Below are positions 28,168 through 42,284 of a stretch of DNA of 64,000 nucleotides, piece after piece. Position numbers and translations under genes: made by a program. A model generated the notes under the pieces. The model had not been told where the DNA came from. It did no database searches and saw nothing but the letters and a program-made list of their open reading frames with translations. Within the stretch, counting starts at the first letter, position 1; each line of letters begins with the position of its first letter. This DNA comes from Priapulus caudatus (taxonomy: Eukaryota). The DNA lies in assembly GCF_000485595.1 (NCBI RefSeq), contig NW_014577089.1, positions 181,770-245,769 of the forward strand. Reading direction: 5' to 3'.

Positions 28168-31100
28168 CCTGACCGCGTACCAGGCCGTAATCGCCTACGA
28201 GCAAGCAGTTTCCTACTTAACAGCGCAATGACTTCTCTGCTGCTGTTATTTAGATATTTAGATGTTTCAGTGATTGCGCGCGAGAATAAATGAGAGCAAT
28301 ACTCTCGCCCACACTCTCCACAAACAGCGCTCAGGCAGTCAAGTAAAGGAGACATGCACACGTACACGCACGCTTGCAGCAGATTCAATCGTCGAACGAT
28401 TTCGAACACAATTTTACCGAGCAAGCGCTCAGCTACATAAGCTGACATTGCGCATCATCTAGGATTTGTGCAATAGGATGAATTCTAGCTGTCATTCAAC
28501 TACCGCTGTTTTAATAACTAAAAACAGTTTCACCTGTTGACAGCGATTATCAAGTTCATAACTCTTCTACTTTCTAGCCATCCGCCACGACATTAAGAGC
28601 ACCACATTCAAGAGCATTGCCTATCAAGAGCACGTCAACTATGTAAATAAATAAATAAATATATATACACACATATATATATAACCAAATGGTGGTGAGT
28701 TTTGATGATTTGATGCTTATCTTAGAGTGATACGAGACGCGCTATACATGGATGGACAACACTTCTCCTATTTGAGATCAGACTCCTGACCCTAACAGCA
28801 CCCATTACGACGTAACTTACCTCCACCGGGTTATACACCCGCATAACTCTACCGGGGACCGCACGGACAGCACCTCTTGCAGCAGGAGCAGCAGCTAGCG
28901 CACGCTCGCACGTGCGGCCGGCCCAATTAGCACAGACGGACGCAGATACGGGCATGACGATGACGACGCCGCTAATAACATCCCCTCGCGCAGGAAGTTT
29001 GGCTTCGAATAGGAAGTATCATCCCCGCCGAGCGAAAATAACCACAGCCGGCGGGACGGCGATCGCATTCTGTCCACAAATCCTTGCGCAAACAGCGCAA
29101 ACAGCCACCGCCTGACGCGTCGTGCAAGATTAGCCTCCGACACTCGGCATGCGGGCGCAACCCCGGCCGCCTCCCGCTACACGCGCTACACCTATAGCGC
29201 GCGGCCGTGCGGAAACCCTACACGCACATGCTAAACAATATACGGGTCGCGAAGCCACGCAGGGCAGGCTGGCTATACGAGGGCCCCGAAAAAAAGAGAG
29301 ACGCAAGAAGAAACGCCGAGGGAAATAATTTGATCCCACTGTGCACCTTCTTTGAAGTGCGCCTATCGGCTTACGCGAACCATCTAAGAAAAGAAGCAGC
29401 GTGCGCGTGGCCGGGAGTGAAGCGGGCGCAGATCGCTGTGAGCCGCCGCGTGACGATCGGCAGCAGATACACGAAGCCCTTAATCCCGCGGCATCTCTCT
29501 CTCTCTCCTTCGCTCTCCTTCTCTCTCTCTCTCCTTCGCCCTACTCTCCGCTTCTCATCGTCTCTCTCCTCTCGCGGCCTCGTCTCTCTCTCTCGCTCTC
29601 CTCTCTCTCGCCCTCTTCTCTTCCTCGTCCGCTCTCTCGCTCTCGCTCTCCCTCTTTTCTATCGTTCTCGTCCCTCTCTCACCTCTCTCTCTCTCGTTCT
29701 CTCCCTCTCTCTGCCTCTCTCTCTCTCTCTCTCTCTCTCTCGCCTCTTCTTCCTCTCTCTCTCCTCTTGCTCTCTTCTCTCTCTCTTTCCTCTCCGCCTC
29801 TCTTCTATCCTCCTGCAAACGCACGCAGACGTTGAACAGGCTATACTGAGTGCCGAATAAAAAAGCCAGCCCTAATCCGCGGCATCTCTCTCTCTCTCCT
29901 TCGCGCTCTCTTCTCTCTCTTCTCTCTCTCCTCTCTCTCTTCTTCTCGTCTCTCTCTCTCTCTCTCTCATCTCTCTCCTCTCTCTCTCTCCTCTCTCTTC
30001 TCGCTCCCGCTCTCTCTCTTTCGGCCTCTCCCTCTTTTTCTATCGTTCTCTCCTCTCTCCCTCTCTCTTCTCTCGTTCTCTCCCTCTCTCTGCCCTCTCT
30101 TCGCCCCTCTCTCCCTCTCTCTCTCTTTTCCTTGCTTCTCTCTTTCCTCTCTCCCCTCTCTTTTCTATCCCTCAACCGCAGCGCCAAGACGTGACACAGG
30201 GTAGTACTGATTGCTCCGAATAAAAAAAACTCGATAACGACTGCATGTTTTTTTCCGGTTTTTTTTTGCGCAAGACCGTCGCTCTCACTCGATTAATTAT
30301 CTTCCGGAGGATCTAACAGGCAAACAGCCAATTCACGTCTCGCGCGTGGTGTGCGGCTGACGGCCATTCCTAAGACTGCGATTAAATCGATCAAATCGAT
30401 CTCGACTCGATTACTGTGATACAGAGATTGTTTCACATTACAACCGGGGTTACACACCATCACAGACGGGTAAACTACACAAGGGTACATACAGACATCG
30501 ATTAATGGTCAGGATGAGCGACCGACAGTAGTGGAGATTGATGTGAAGCCATTCTAGATTGGATAGACCGTCGAGTCGAGTAAAGTCAAACTCCCCTCAG
30601 CTCAAAGCGAAGAACAGCAAGAGTCAACCTCCGGCGTCCTTTGAAGATCTAACGACGGTGGACATATCGCTTTAACTCGCCGCCTTCACATACACGAATG
30701 CTAAATGTCTTAGCAGGATTTATAGGACTCTTACTCGTCGGTGACAGTGAGTAACTGCAGGCTTCTTTAGTCCCACAGTATCGTCTCACACGGTGCGATA
30801 AATGACGGCGTCGCCCCTTCTATTTCGCTAAACAAGTCCACGCTGCATAACGAAATCGAGACGCTGACAAAACCGGGACCGGACTTACTTAGCTAAGTAA
30901 GCATATATGTGATACAACAGAAACAGTATAGTGATAAGAAAACACGTTTAGCGCGACCCAAGAGTTAAATATCTATAATACTGTATAGACTATAACCGTG
31001 GTTTGTAACCACTAGACGGATGTGCAAAACATGTTTGAGATGTGAACATCCCACGCACGAGTTTATATTCGTCACCATTTCAGGGTTCCGCATAAAGAAT

Positions 31101-31589
31101 TATGTAAACAGCCAGCTGTGTAGGGCCTCGCGATTCTCTCTGGCAGCCTGCATGGCTTCCCCGAGCCCCGACGCTACGGCAGTGGGTGGTCAAACACAAT
31201 CACTATGTCATACATCGACCGTGATCAGGAAGCCGCGTTGTGAAACTTAACAGGCGCGTGACCAGCCAGGGCGGCGAGTCAACAGACTGGCGCTCTGCCT
31301 GCACCGCTGTACGGATCTCACGCGACCGCGTACTACTGCACCCGAGCCGCAGGTCAAACTGACCAGTTTTACTTGACCAGCGCTAGCAAGAGTATACCCC
31401 GACCGAAATTCTCCTCGCTCTCACAACGCTATCGGTTTCGGAGGCGGGAGGGCGCCGCATGTAAGTATAACGCGATGTTGAATGTGGCGCGCGCGCCGAC
31501 GAACAGGCAAGCGTTCGGCTTACGAACGCGGGAAGCCCCTCTGCACGGCGTGTAACATGCTGATTCAGCTGCCGAATGTTAAAAACAAC
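24836..31589 (+). repeat. Tandem duplication of a ~3.3-kb segment (copy 1 24836-28167, copy 2 28168-31589)
   Basis: Both copies start CCTGACCGCGTACCAGGC and are colinear to ...CAGCTGCC(G)A(A)TGT(T)AAAAAC. They differ mainly by scattered 1-3 nt indels. Confidence 0.93.
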
Positions 31590-32420
31590 NNNNNNNNNNN
31601 NNNNNNNNNNNNNNNNNNNNNNNNNNNNNNNNNNNNNNNNNNNNNNNNNNNNNNNNNNNNNNNNNNNNNNNNNNNNNNNNNNNNNNNNNNNNNNNNNNNN
31701 NNNNNNNNNNNNNNNNNNNNNNNNNNNNNNNNNNNNNNNNNNNNNNNNNNNNNNNNNNNNNNNNNNNNNNNNNNNNNNNNNNNNNNNNNNNNNNNNNNNN
31801 NNNNNNNNNNNNNNNNNNNNNNNNNNNNNNNNNNNNNNNNNNNNNNNNNNNNNNNNNNNNNNNNNNNNNNNNNNNNNNNNNNNNNNNNNNNNNNNNNNNN
31901 NNNNNNNNNNNNNNNNNNNNNNNNNNNNNNNNNNNNNNNNNNNNNNNNNNNNNNNNNNNNNNNNNNNNNNNNNNNNNNNNNNNNNNNNNNNNNNNNNNNN
32001 NNNNNNNNNNNNNNNNNNNNNNNNNNNNNNNNNNNNNNNNNNNNNNNNNNNNNNNNNNNNNNNNNNNNNNNNNNNNNNNNNNNNNNNNNNNNNNNNNNNN
32101 NNNNNNNNNNNNNNNNNNNNNNNNNNNNNNNNNNNNNNNNNNNNNNNNNNNNNNNNNNNNNNNNNNNNNNNNNNNNNNNNNNNNNNNNNNNNNNNNNNNN
32201 NNNNNNNNNNNNNNNNNNNNNNNNNNNNNNNNNNNNNNNNNNNNNNNNNNNNNNNNNNNNNNNNNNNNNNNNNNNNNNNNNNNNNNNNNNNNNNNNNNNN
32301 NNNNNNNNNNNNNNNNNNNNNNNNNNNNNNNNNNNNNNNNNNNNNNNNNNNNNNNNNNNNNNNNNNNNNNNNNNNNNNNNNNNNNNNNNNNNNNNNNNNN
32401 NNNNNNNNNNNNNNNNNNNN
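31590..32420. other. Assembly gap (other gaps at 18015-18024, 21782-21806, 36309-36684, 38269-38278)
   Basis: N runs. Confidence 0.99.
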
Positions 32421-32465
32421 CGTGTCGTGTGTCGTGTGTGTGTGTGTGGTGTGTGTGCGTGTGTG

Positions 32466-32535
<70 letters not shown>

Positions 32536-34209
32536 CGCGCGTGTGTTTGATGTCGTTAATGCACTTGGCAAAAACACGCGCAGCCCGCGCCGTCACCGAT
32601 GAAAGATGTTATTGTGCTATGACATGCCAGTCTTCACGTACTGAGAAATTACTTAGGAAGACTGACTATAGAAACATAGCGAACAAAAACACTCGTCAGT
32701 GTCAGGCTGCAAAGATTTCGTTTGTGTTTGGTTACAAGCCTACAACTACAAGATCTTACACATCTTGTTTCTGTTATTTTTTACCACGCGTACTACACAA
32801 GTCGTAAGTCTTCGCAAAACTATGACAAAATACCACAGTACTCGTAAAGCAAGAACGCAATTATTTCACTATCACGATTTCGCCATAGCAACACGGACGT
32901 GGAACCCATCCTACCAGCAAAACAATTAACTACCCGCGTGAATAATTTAAATCCCGGAGCGGGCAACGCTGTCCGTACAATGTGAGCGTAGTTAGTAGCA
33001 CCCATCGAGCGAGCATGGGTGTGCGGCGGGAGCGTGGGTGGGAGCGGGTATAACATTGAATAAGCGAGCCGAGCGCGTGCCGGTCTATAGTCTGAACACC
33101 ATACTTACATATCTGCCGACAGAAACCCTCTATTACGCCTGGTGAAGCGGTGATGAACACTTCCGCTTTAGACAAGCACCATCTGGAGATGGCAACATAT
33201 CGAGTGCGGCCGTCGACACTGCTGCCACCTGGTGACTGAATCGGCCGATATGAGCGAGTGATTTCGTCTGGTTCGTTTCTGATGGTTAATAATTTACACC
33301 CACAATGCTCTACCCTCCAGCAAAACTCATAGCGATTTTTAGATGCCCTGGGTTAATAACGAATAGTTTTCGTAATGATGCCAATCTCGGTCTGTAATCT
33401 CGGGGATTTCAAATTATATGAATTTCAGCAGTTAATGAAAATCAGTACGGCCTTGGAATAATCAAGTTATTTAATAATATTAGTCAGCGTCATCTTTCAG
33501 ATTCAACCATTCCGCTCCACGTCTTCATGTTAAACGCCAGTTTGCACACACGCTCGCCCGTTTTATTAATCCCAACGGAACCAGCTCTAACCCGTGGTAA
33601 ATAAAACAGACGTGTTTACACATTCGTTACACCGCGAAAAGAAGCCCGCAGTCGACGTGCATAAAATAAAGTGTGTAGGTCACCTCTGAGTCCTCCTCCT
33701 ACACCCATCCCTCCTTACGCAGTTGATACATGCACCTGCTCTAAGCTACCTCCGGCGTTCTCCGCTCCGAATACGACTCACCTTTCACCGCCATATAATC
33801 AGCCTAGTCTGCCTACTCTCACGAATGGCCTATCCTAATCAGCATAGGGAACACCCTAATGAAAGATTAGGCTAATTCTGAGACGCAAACTCTACTAATA
33901 CGACTTGCTAAGCGACGGTGCTGCATAATATGCACACGCACAAACAACAAAGACATATATGGAGCGTGTGCGACAACTAACGAGAAGGGGAGAGAAAATG
34001 ATGAAGAGACAAACAGTGACTCACTCAGAGAAAGAGAGAGGGGGTGAGAGAACGAGAAATACAGGCAGTGAGAGGGGGAAGAGAGAGAGGAGGGGGGAGA
34101 GAGGGGGAGAGGAAGAGGGAGAGAGGGAGTAGAGAGGTAGGGATAGTGAGAAAGAGAATGACAGACAGAGAGGAAGAAGAGAGAAAGTCAGACATAAAGA
34201 GAGAAGGAG

Positions 34210-34289
<80 letters not shown>

Positions 34290-35063
34290 GAGAGAAGGAG
34301 AGCGGGAGACAGATAAACGGAGAGAGAAACAGAGGAAGGCAAATGTGCGGCGAATCGTAGTATAAGGAGATACGACAACGCCGCCGTGAATACTGGACGA
34401 TGCTACGCGAGGCAAGCATAGATAGCCGAGCAAGTAGCTGCGCTATTCGCACTGCTAGCTATATTGCTAACTGCAATAAAAAAATAAAATATATTGCTAA
34501 ATGTTAACCATACAGCTAGCCACATCAATAGCCATATTGCTAGCTGCATCGCTACCCATATAGCTAGCTACATCGTCGCTGGCTGGGCCGTTTCGTACCA
34601 CTAGCCATTTTGCTAGCCGTATCATCGCTAACCACATGTCTACACCAGTTTTATCCGCACCACTAGCAATATTGCTAGCTGCATCGCTAACCATATAGCT
34701 AGGCTAAACCTCACATCGCATCAGTCTTCGAAAGATAAGATAATAAGATATAATAAAAAACCCTAACCCTAGCCAGTCCTGAATTGGAAAATTTTGATTT
34801 CTCCTAAATAGCCGAAAGTGAAATCGATAAAAATTAGCCAAGTTACAAAAAAAATATTAAAAGTTAGCCAAGTTACCAGTACCGGATTAGGCAACCAACA
34901 CGGATCGCATTTGTACACGTTATATAAGACGCGATCGTTGATGCTCCTGACGGCCTCCGCACCGCTATATACTACTAAACACACACGCACGCACGCACGC
35001 ACGCACACACATCATTATCAAAACGCGATTTCTCTCCAACGACGAGGAAGTCGCCTCAAGAAG

Positions 35064-35270
35064 CCACCACCGCTTGCCACGGCAGCGAACTGTCCTCGAT
35101 CAACCCTATTGAGCGCTCATCCTGCCGCTCCACCACCGCTACCGCCTGCCACGGTAGTGAACTGTCCTCGATCAACCCCATTGAGCGCTCATTCTGCCGC
35201 TCCACCACCGCCACCGCCTGCCACGGTAGCGAACTGTCCTCGATCAACCCATTGTGCGCTCATTCTGCCG
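35064..35270. repeat. 72-bp VNTR, 3 units (copy A)
   Basis: Three NCPRST-encoding units in ORF 34818..35366. Confidence 0.9.
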
Positions 35271-36039
35271 AAAACGCGGGAGCGTCTCAAACAAACGGCT
35301 TTTAGGACGTGGTGTGTGATTGCTATAATTCTAATTGAAATTATCAGGTGGAAAATTAAATTATAATCACATTATAAGCCACCCGGCCGATTCGCCTGAT
35401 CCATCTGAAATGTAATTACATTGTCAGTGGGCCCCGCAGCGATTGACGAAAACCTGCTGAATAAGTTTCTGAAATATTTCTTTGCCGAGCGCTCCCCCTT
35501 CAATGAGCGATTTTTCTCGTTTTCTGAACGCTAAGTGCACGAGCGCAATCTACAATCATTCAAACATGTTTGCATTTAAATGCACTTTTCTGCGCGACGT
35601 TGAGCAAAGGATTCTTTACTTCTTAGCTTATGCGCTTCTGCCTATTCGCTGAACGTTACATTTACCGCCCTAATCAAATTACAGTACAAATGTAAGTTCA
35701 TTAGGGACGATCTAATTATGAACATAATGTTGCATGCTATTTTCCTGCAGAAATAGCGATTGTGGAAAAAAAACGACACTAGCGCCGGTCAGAGCCGCCA
35801 TCGCCATAATATTGTTGTTTTCTACTGCGAATACTACTAACCCCGGCCCCTGGCCAGAAAGCCGCAGAAATATCACAATGCAGAGGGGAAAAAATCAATG
35901 TATAATTAGGGCCAGTGATTAGGGTCTATTCAGCGGAACGTGCTCGGTGAGGCAGCATGGATAATTATGCCGTGGGCGCGCTAACAATGCGCAGCCCGGC
36001 GGCGATCACGCAACGCTTAGTGTAGGCAAACCCACGCAT

Positions 36040-36695
36040 GAATCCCGAGCTGTGCAGGCTCCCAGCATCCCAAGCTCTGCAGGCTCCCCGCATCCCGAGC
36101 TCTGCAGGCTCCCAGCATCCCAAGCTCTGCAGGCTCCCCGCATCCCGAGCTGTGCAGGCTCCCGGCATCCCAAGCTCTGCAGGCTTCCCGCATTCCTAGC
36201 TGTGCAGGCTCCCCGCATTCCTAGCTCTGCAGGCTCTCCGCATCCCAAGCTCTGCAGGCTCCCCGCATCCCGAGCTGTGCAGGCTCCCGGCATCCCAAGC
36301 TCTGCAGGNNNNNNNNNNNNNNNNNNNNNNNNNNNNNNNNNNNNNNNNNNNNNNNNNNNNNNNNNNNNNNNNNNNNNNNNNNNNNNNNNNNNNNNNNNNN
36401 NNNNNNNNNNNNNNNNNNNNNNNNNNNNNNNNNNNNNNNNNNNNNNNNNNNNNNNNNNNNNNNNNNNNNNNNNNNNNNNNNNNNNNNNNNNNNNNNNNNN
36501 NNNNNNNNNNNNNNNNNNNNNNNNNNNNNNNNNNNNNNNNNNNNNNNNNNNNNNNNNNNNNNNNNNNNNNNNNNNNNNNNNNNNNNNNNNNNNNNNNNNN
36601 NNNNNNNNNNNNNNNNNNNNNNNNNNNNNNNNNNNNNNNNNNNNNNNNNNNNNNNNNNNNNNNNNNNNNNNNNNNNNNNNNNNNGCTCTGCAGGG
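36040..36695. repeat. 25-bp minisatellite (CATCCCAAGCTCTGCAGGCTCCCAG), interrupted by a gap (copy A)
   Basis: Direct reading; N run at 36309-36684. Confidence 0.9.
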
Positions 36696-39119
36696 GTTCG
36701 TTGGTTTTTAGATATCATATTTTACCGAGAGCCGAGTAAGTAATGTCATGGGCACACTCAACTATAGGCGAGGTTTATTATAATTATGCTTTATTCCTTT
36801 CATGAATAAACACGAATGAGAAGGCACTATTTGCAAAAACATGCAACTCAACCTGCAGTGCAGTGCATCTGAGCCACTCTAGTCTCTATAGCAGGAACAA
36901 ATGTTCCTTTCGTAATATATAAAAGTTAAAATAAGAAGCAACCCAAAATCACTGAACCAGCAGTAGTGAAAACATTAATAATAATTCATATGGTATTGGT
37001 TTATTATTTATATGAGCATTCGGTGTTTTGATTTTTGAACTGTATGAATGGGAATGTATAAACGATCGGAGTCATTGACCGCTACGAATTATGTATTGCC
37101 AAAAATCGATCAAGGTGAAATGTATCGATTTGTGCAACTACGTAAATAATGCAGCGTTTAAGTTTCCGGCCTCAGAAAGCAGCGGATCTTGATCAGCCTT
37201 CTTTCCGGCGCAATTTTTTCATCAAAGCTGCCTGCGCTAGACTGGATAACAGTGTAATTGCTTCACTCGGATTTGCCCCGGACAAAAATGCAGATGTTTC
37301 GCTGATGTGATCAGGTCTTTAATCGGCGGCTTTTATTGTTGCTGCCATACGAGCTCTAATTCGTTAATGGACGCACAACCGCGTCCTGCTAATACCATTA
37401 AGCGTAAAAGATTCCCGTACAATCTTTACATTGTCTTATTTGATGCACAATTGCGCACATAGGGCATGCATGACTGACACGTCGATATCAACTCAACGCC
37501 GACGGCAATATTTATTCTCGCGTTTTATCTCTGCCGTTTTGTGAAATTGGATCGCGTGTATCTATGCCGAGTAATGAGAACCCAACACTAAGTCAACCCC
37601 ACTCTACGAGCCAGTTAAATAAACTTGTTCTCAGCAACTATTGATCCAACCAGTTATGGACTTCAGTGGAAAGCTTTTCGCGCTACAATTCCAGTACAGT
37701 TACCGAATGATCTATAATTTATTGGCGGTTCTACCGAGTTAATAAATTCCCGAGCTGAATATTTTTAGCCACGGTTTCCATAGAAAAACACGCCGAGCGA
37801 CGCAGTTTGTTAGCAATCGGGATGCGTGGAGAAGCGTCCCTGCAGAAGCACGCAGTTTCATCACAATTTTCTCGAAGCACTCCAGAATGGAATGGCGGGG
37901 ACGTATGGTGATCTATACGCTATAGAAAAAATTTAAATTTTCGTGCGTTTGTCGATGCATCCGCTAATAATGCAGTGTAATTCGAGCAACAGAAATGCGT
38001 TTATGCCCACACGACTGCTAACAATGAGACGAAAACCCTTTCGTTCTGGCAAGGAACTGACCATAATAGTACAAAACGGTACTAATACCAATACATATTG
38101 CTATATAGAGTGAGTATTAATGGTACTACGTAATAGTGTAGGAAGTTAATATTAATGGTACTACGTAACGGTTTAGAAAGGTAATATTACTGGTACTACG
38201 TAACGGTTTAGAAAGGTAATATTACTGGTACTACGTAACGGTTTAGAAAGGTAATATTAATGGTACTANNNNNNNNNNAGAAAGTCAGACATAAAGAGAG
38301 AAGGAGAGCGAGAGAGAGAGAGAGAGAGGAGAGCGGGAGAGAGAGAGAGAGAGAGAGGAGAGCGGGAGAGAGAGAGAGAGAGAGAAGGAGAGCGGGAGAG
38401 AGATAAACGGAGAGAGAAACAGAGGAAGGCAAATGTGCGGCGAATCGTAGTATAAGGAGATACGACAACGCCGCCGTGAATACTGAACGATGCTACGCGA
38501 GGCAAGCATAGATAGCCGAGCAAGTAGCTGCGCTATTCGCACTGCTAGCTATATTGCTAACTGCAATAAAAAAATAAAATATATTGCTAAATGCTAACCA
38601 TACAGCTAGCCACATCAATAGCCATATTGCTAGCTGCATCGCTACCCATATAGAGCTACATCGTCGCTGGCTGGGCCGTTTCGTACCGATAGCCATTTTG
38701 CTAACCGTATCATCGCTAACCACATGTCTACACCTATCCGCACCACTAGCAATATTGCTGGCTGCATTGCTAACCATATAGCTAGGCTAAACCTCACATC
38801 GCATCAGTCTTCGAAATAAGTCTGAAACCCTAGCCAGTCCTGAATTGGGAAATTTTGATTTCTCCTAAATAGCCGAAAGTGAAATCGATAAAAATTAGCC
38901 AAGTTACCAAAAAAATATTAAAAGTTAGCCAAGTTACCAGTACTGGATTAGGCAACCAACACGGATCTGTACACGTTATATAAGACGCGATCGTTGATGC
39001 TCCTGACGGCCTCCGCAATTCTATATACTACTAAACACACACGCACGCACGCACGCACGCACACACATCATTATCAAAACGCGATTTCTTTCCAACGACG
39101 AGGAAGTCGCCTCAAGAAG

Positions 39120-39614
39120 CCACCACCGCTTGCCACGGCAGCGAACTGTCCTCGATCAACCCTATTGAGCGCTCATCCTGCCGCTCCACCACCGCTACCG
39201 CCTGCCACGGTAGTGAACTGTCCTCGATCAACCCCATTGAGCGCTCATTCTGCCGCTCCACCACCGCCACCGCCTGCCACGGTAGCGAACTGTCCTCGAT
39301 CAACCCCATTGAGCGCTCATTCTGCCGCTCCACCACCGCCACCGCCTGCCACGGCAGCGAACTGTCCTCGATCAACCCCATTGAGCGCTCATCCTGCCGC
39401 TCCACCACCGCCACCGTCTGCCATGGTAGCGAACTGTCCTCGATCAACCCCAGTGAGCGCTCATTCTGCCGCTCCACCACCGCCACCGCCTGCCACGGTA
39501 GCGAACTGTCCTCGATCAACCCCATTGAGCGCTCATTCTGCCGCTCCGTCACCGCCACCGCCTGCCACGGTAGCGAACTGTCCTCGATCAACCCATTGTG
39601 CGCTCATTCTGCCG
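39120..39614. repeat. 72-bp VNTR, 7 units (copy B)
   Basis: Seven NCPRST-encoding units in ORF 38994..39710. Confidence 0.92.
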
Positions 39615-40384
39615 AAAACGCGGGAGCGTCTCAAACAAACGGCTTTTAGGACGTGGTGTGTGATTGCTATAATTCTAATTGAAATTATCAGGTGGAAAAT
39701 TAAATTATAATCACATTATAAGCCACCCGGCCGATTCGCCTGATCCATCTGAAATGTAATTACATTGTCAGTGGGCCCCGCAGCGATTGACGAAAACCTG
39801 CTGAATAAGTTTCTGAAATATTTCTTTGCCGAGCGCTCCCCCTTCAATGAGCGATTTTTCTCGTTTTCTGAACGCTAAGTGCACGAGCGCAATCTACAAT
39901 CATTCAAACATGTTTGCATTTAAATGCACTTTTCTGCGCGACGTTGAGCAAAGGATTCTTTACTTCTTAGCTTATGCGCTTCTGCCTATTCGCTGAACGT
40001 TACATTTACCGCCCTAATCAAATTACAGTACAAATGTAAGTTCATTAGGGACGATCTAATTATGAACATAATGTTGCATGCTATTTTCCTGCAGAAATAG
40101 CGATTGTGGAAAAAAAACGACACTAGCGCCGGTCAGAGCCGCCATCGCCATAATATTGTTGTTTTCTACTGCGAATACTACTAACCCCGGCCCCTGGCCA
40201 GAAAGCCGCAGAAATATCACAATGCAGAGGGGAAAAAATCAATGTATAATTAGGGCCAGTGATTAGGGTCTATTCAGCGGAACGTGCTCGGTGAGGCAGC
40301 ATGGATAATTATGCCGTGGGCGCGCTAACAATGCGCAGCCCGGCGGCGATCACGCAACGCTTAGTGTAGGCAAACCCACGCATG

Positions 40385-40876
40385 AATCCCGAGCTGTGCA
40401 GGCTCCCAGCATCCCAAGCTCTGCAGGCTCCCAGCATCCCAAGCTCTGCAGGCTCCCCGCATTCCTAGCTGTGCAGGCTCTCCGCATCCCTAGCTCTGCA
40501 GGCTCCCAGCATCCCAAGCTCTGCAGGCTCCCCGCATTCCTAGCTGTGCAGGCTCCCCGCATTCCTAGCTGTGCAGGCTCTCCGCATCCCTAGCTCTGCA
40601 GGCTCCCAGCATCCCTAGCTCTGCAGGCTCCCCGCATCCCGAGCTCTGCAGGCTCCCAGCATCCCAAGCTCTGCAGGCTCCCAGCATCCCTAGCTCTGCA
40701 GGCTCCCAGCATCCCTAGCTCTGCAGGCCCCCGCATCCCGAGCTCTGCAGGCTCCCAGCATCCCTAGCTCTGCAGGCTCCCCGCATCCCGAGCTCTGCAG
40801 GCTCCCAGCATCCCTAGCTCTGCAGGCTCCCCGCATCCCGATCTCTGCAGGCTCCCCGCATCCCTAGCTCTGCAGG
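40385..40876. repeat. 25-bp minisatellite, ~19-20 units (copy B)
   Basis: Direct reading; same unit as the 36040 array. Confidence 0.93.
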
Positions 40877-42284
40877 GGTTCGTTGGTTTTTAGATATCAT
40901 ATTTTACCGAGAGCCGAGTAAGTAATGTCATGGGCACACTCAACTATAGGCGAGGTTTATTATAATTATGCTTTATTCCTTTCATGAATAAACACGAATG
41001 AGAAGGCACTATTTGCAAAAACATGCAACTCAACCTGCAGTGCAGTGCATCTGAGCCACTCTAGTCTCTATAGCAGGAACAAATGTTCCTTTCGTAATAT
41101 ATAAAAGTTAAAATAAGAAGCAACCCAAAATCACTGAACCAGCAGTAGTGAAAACATTAATAATAATTCATATGGTATTGGTTTATTATTTATATGAGCA
41201 TTCGGTGTTTTGATTTTTGAACTGTATGAATGGGAATGTATAAACGATCGGAGTCATTGACCGCTACGAATTATGTATTGCCAAAAATCGATCAAGGTGA
41301 AATGTATCGATTTGTGCAACTACGTAAATAATGCAGCGTTTAAGTTTCCGGCCTCAGAAAACAGCGGATCTTGATCAGCCTTCTTTCCGGCGCAATTTTT
41401 TCATCAAAGCTGCCTGCGCTAGACTGGATAACAGTGTAATTGCTTCACTCGGATTTGCCCCGGACAAAAATGCAGATGTTTCGCTGATGTGATCAGGTCT
41501 TTAATCGGCGGCTTTTATTGTTGCTGCCATACGAGCTCTAATTCGTTAATGGACGCACAACCGCGTCCTGCTAATACCATTAAGCGTAAAAGATTCCCGT
41601 ACAATCTTTACATTGTCTTATGTGATGCGCAATTGCGCACATAGGGCATGCATGACTGACACGTCGATATCAACTCAACGCCGACGGCAATATTTATTCT
41701 CGCGTTTTATCTCTGCCGTTTTGTGAAATTGGATCGCGTGTATCTATGCCGAGTAATGAGAACCCAACACTAAGTCAACCCCACTCTACGAGCCAGTTAA
41801 ATAAACTTGTTCTCAGCAACTATTGATCCAACCAGTTATGGACTTCAGTGGAAAGCTTTTCGCGCTACAATTCCAGTACAGTTACCGAATGATCTATAAT
41901 TTATTGGCGGTTCTACCGAGTTAATAAATTCCCGAGCTGAATATTTTTAGCCACGGTTTCCATAGAAAAACACGCCGAGCGACGCGGTTTGTTAGCGTCC
42001 CTGCAGAAGCACGCAGTTTCATCACAATTTTCTCGAAGCACTCCAGAATGGAATGGCGGGGACGTATGGTGATCTATACGCTATAGAAAAAATGTAAATT
42101 TTCGTGCGTTTGTCGATGCATCCGCTAATAATGCCGTGTAATTCGAGCAACAGAAATGCGTTTATGCCCACACGACGGAATTGCTAACAATGAGACAAGA
42201 AACCCTTTCGTTCTGGCAAAGAACTGACCATAATAGTACAAAACGGTACTAATACCACTACATATTGCTATATAGAGTGAGTAT

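Noticed and set aside
26167..30194. Arg/Glu-rich and Ser/Leu-rich ORFs
   Set aside because: They derive from GA/CT simple repeats, and frames are not preserved between the duplicate copies.
31482..32807. ORFs of 324-441 aa, and similar ones at 36052-36718
   Set aside because: They are open only because they cross N gaps.
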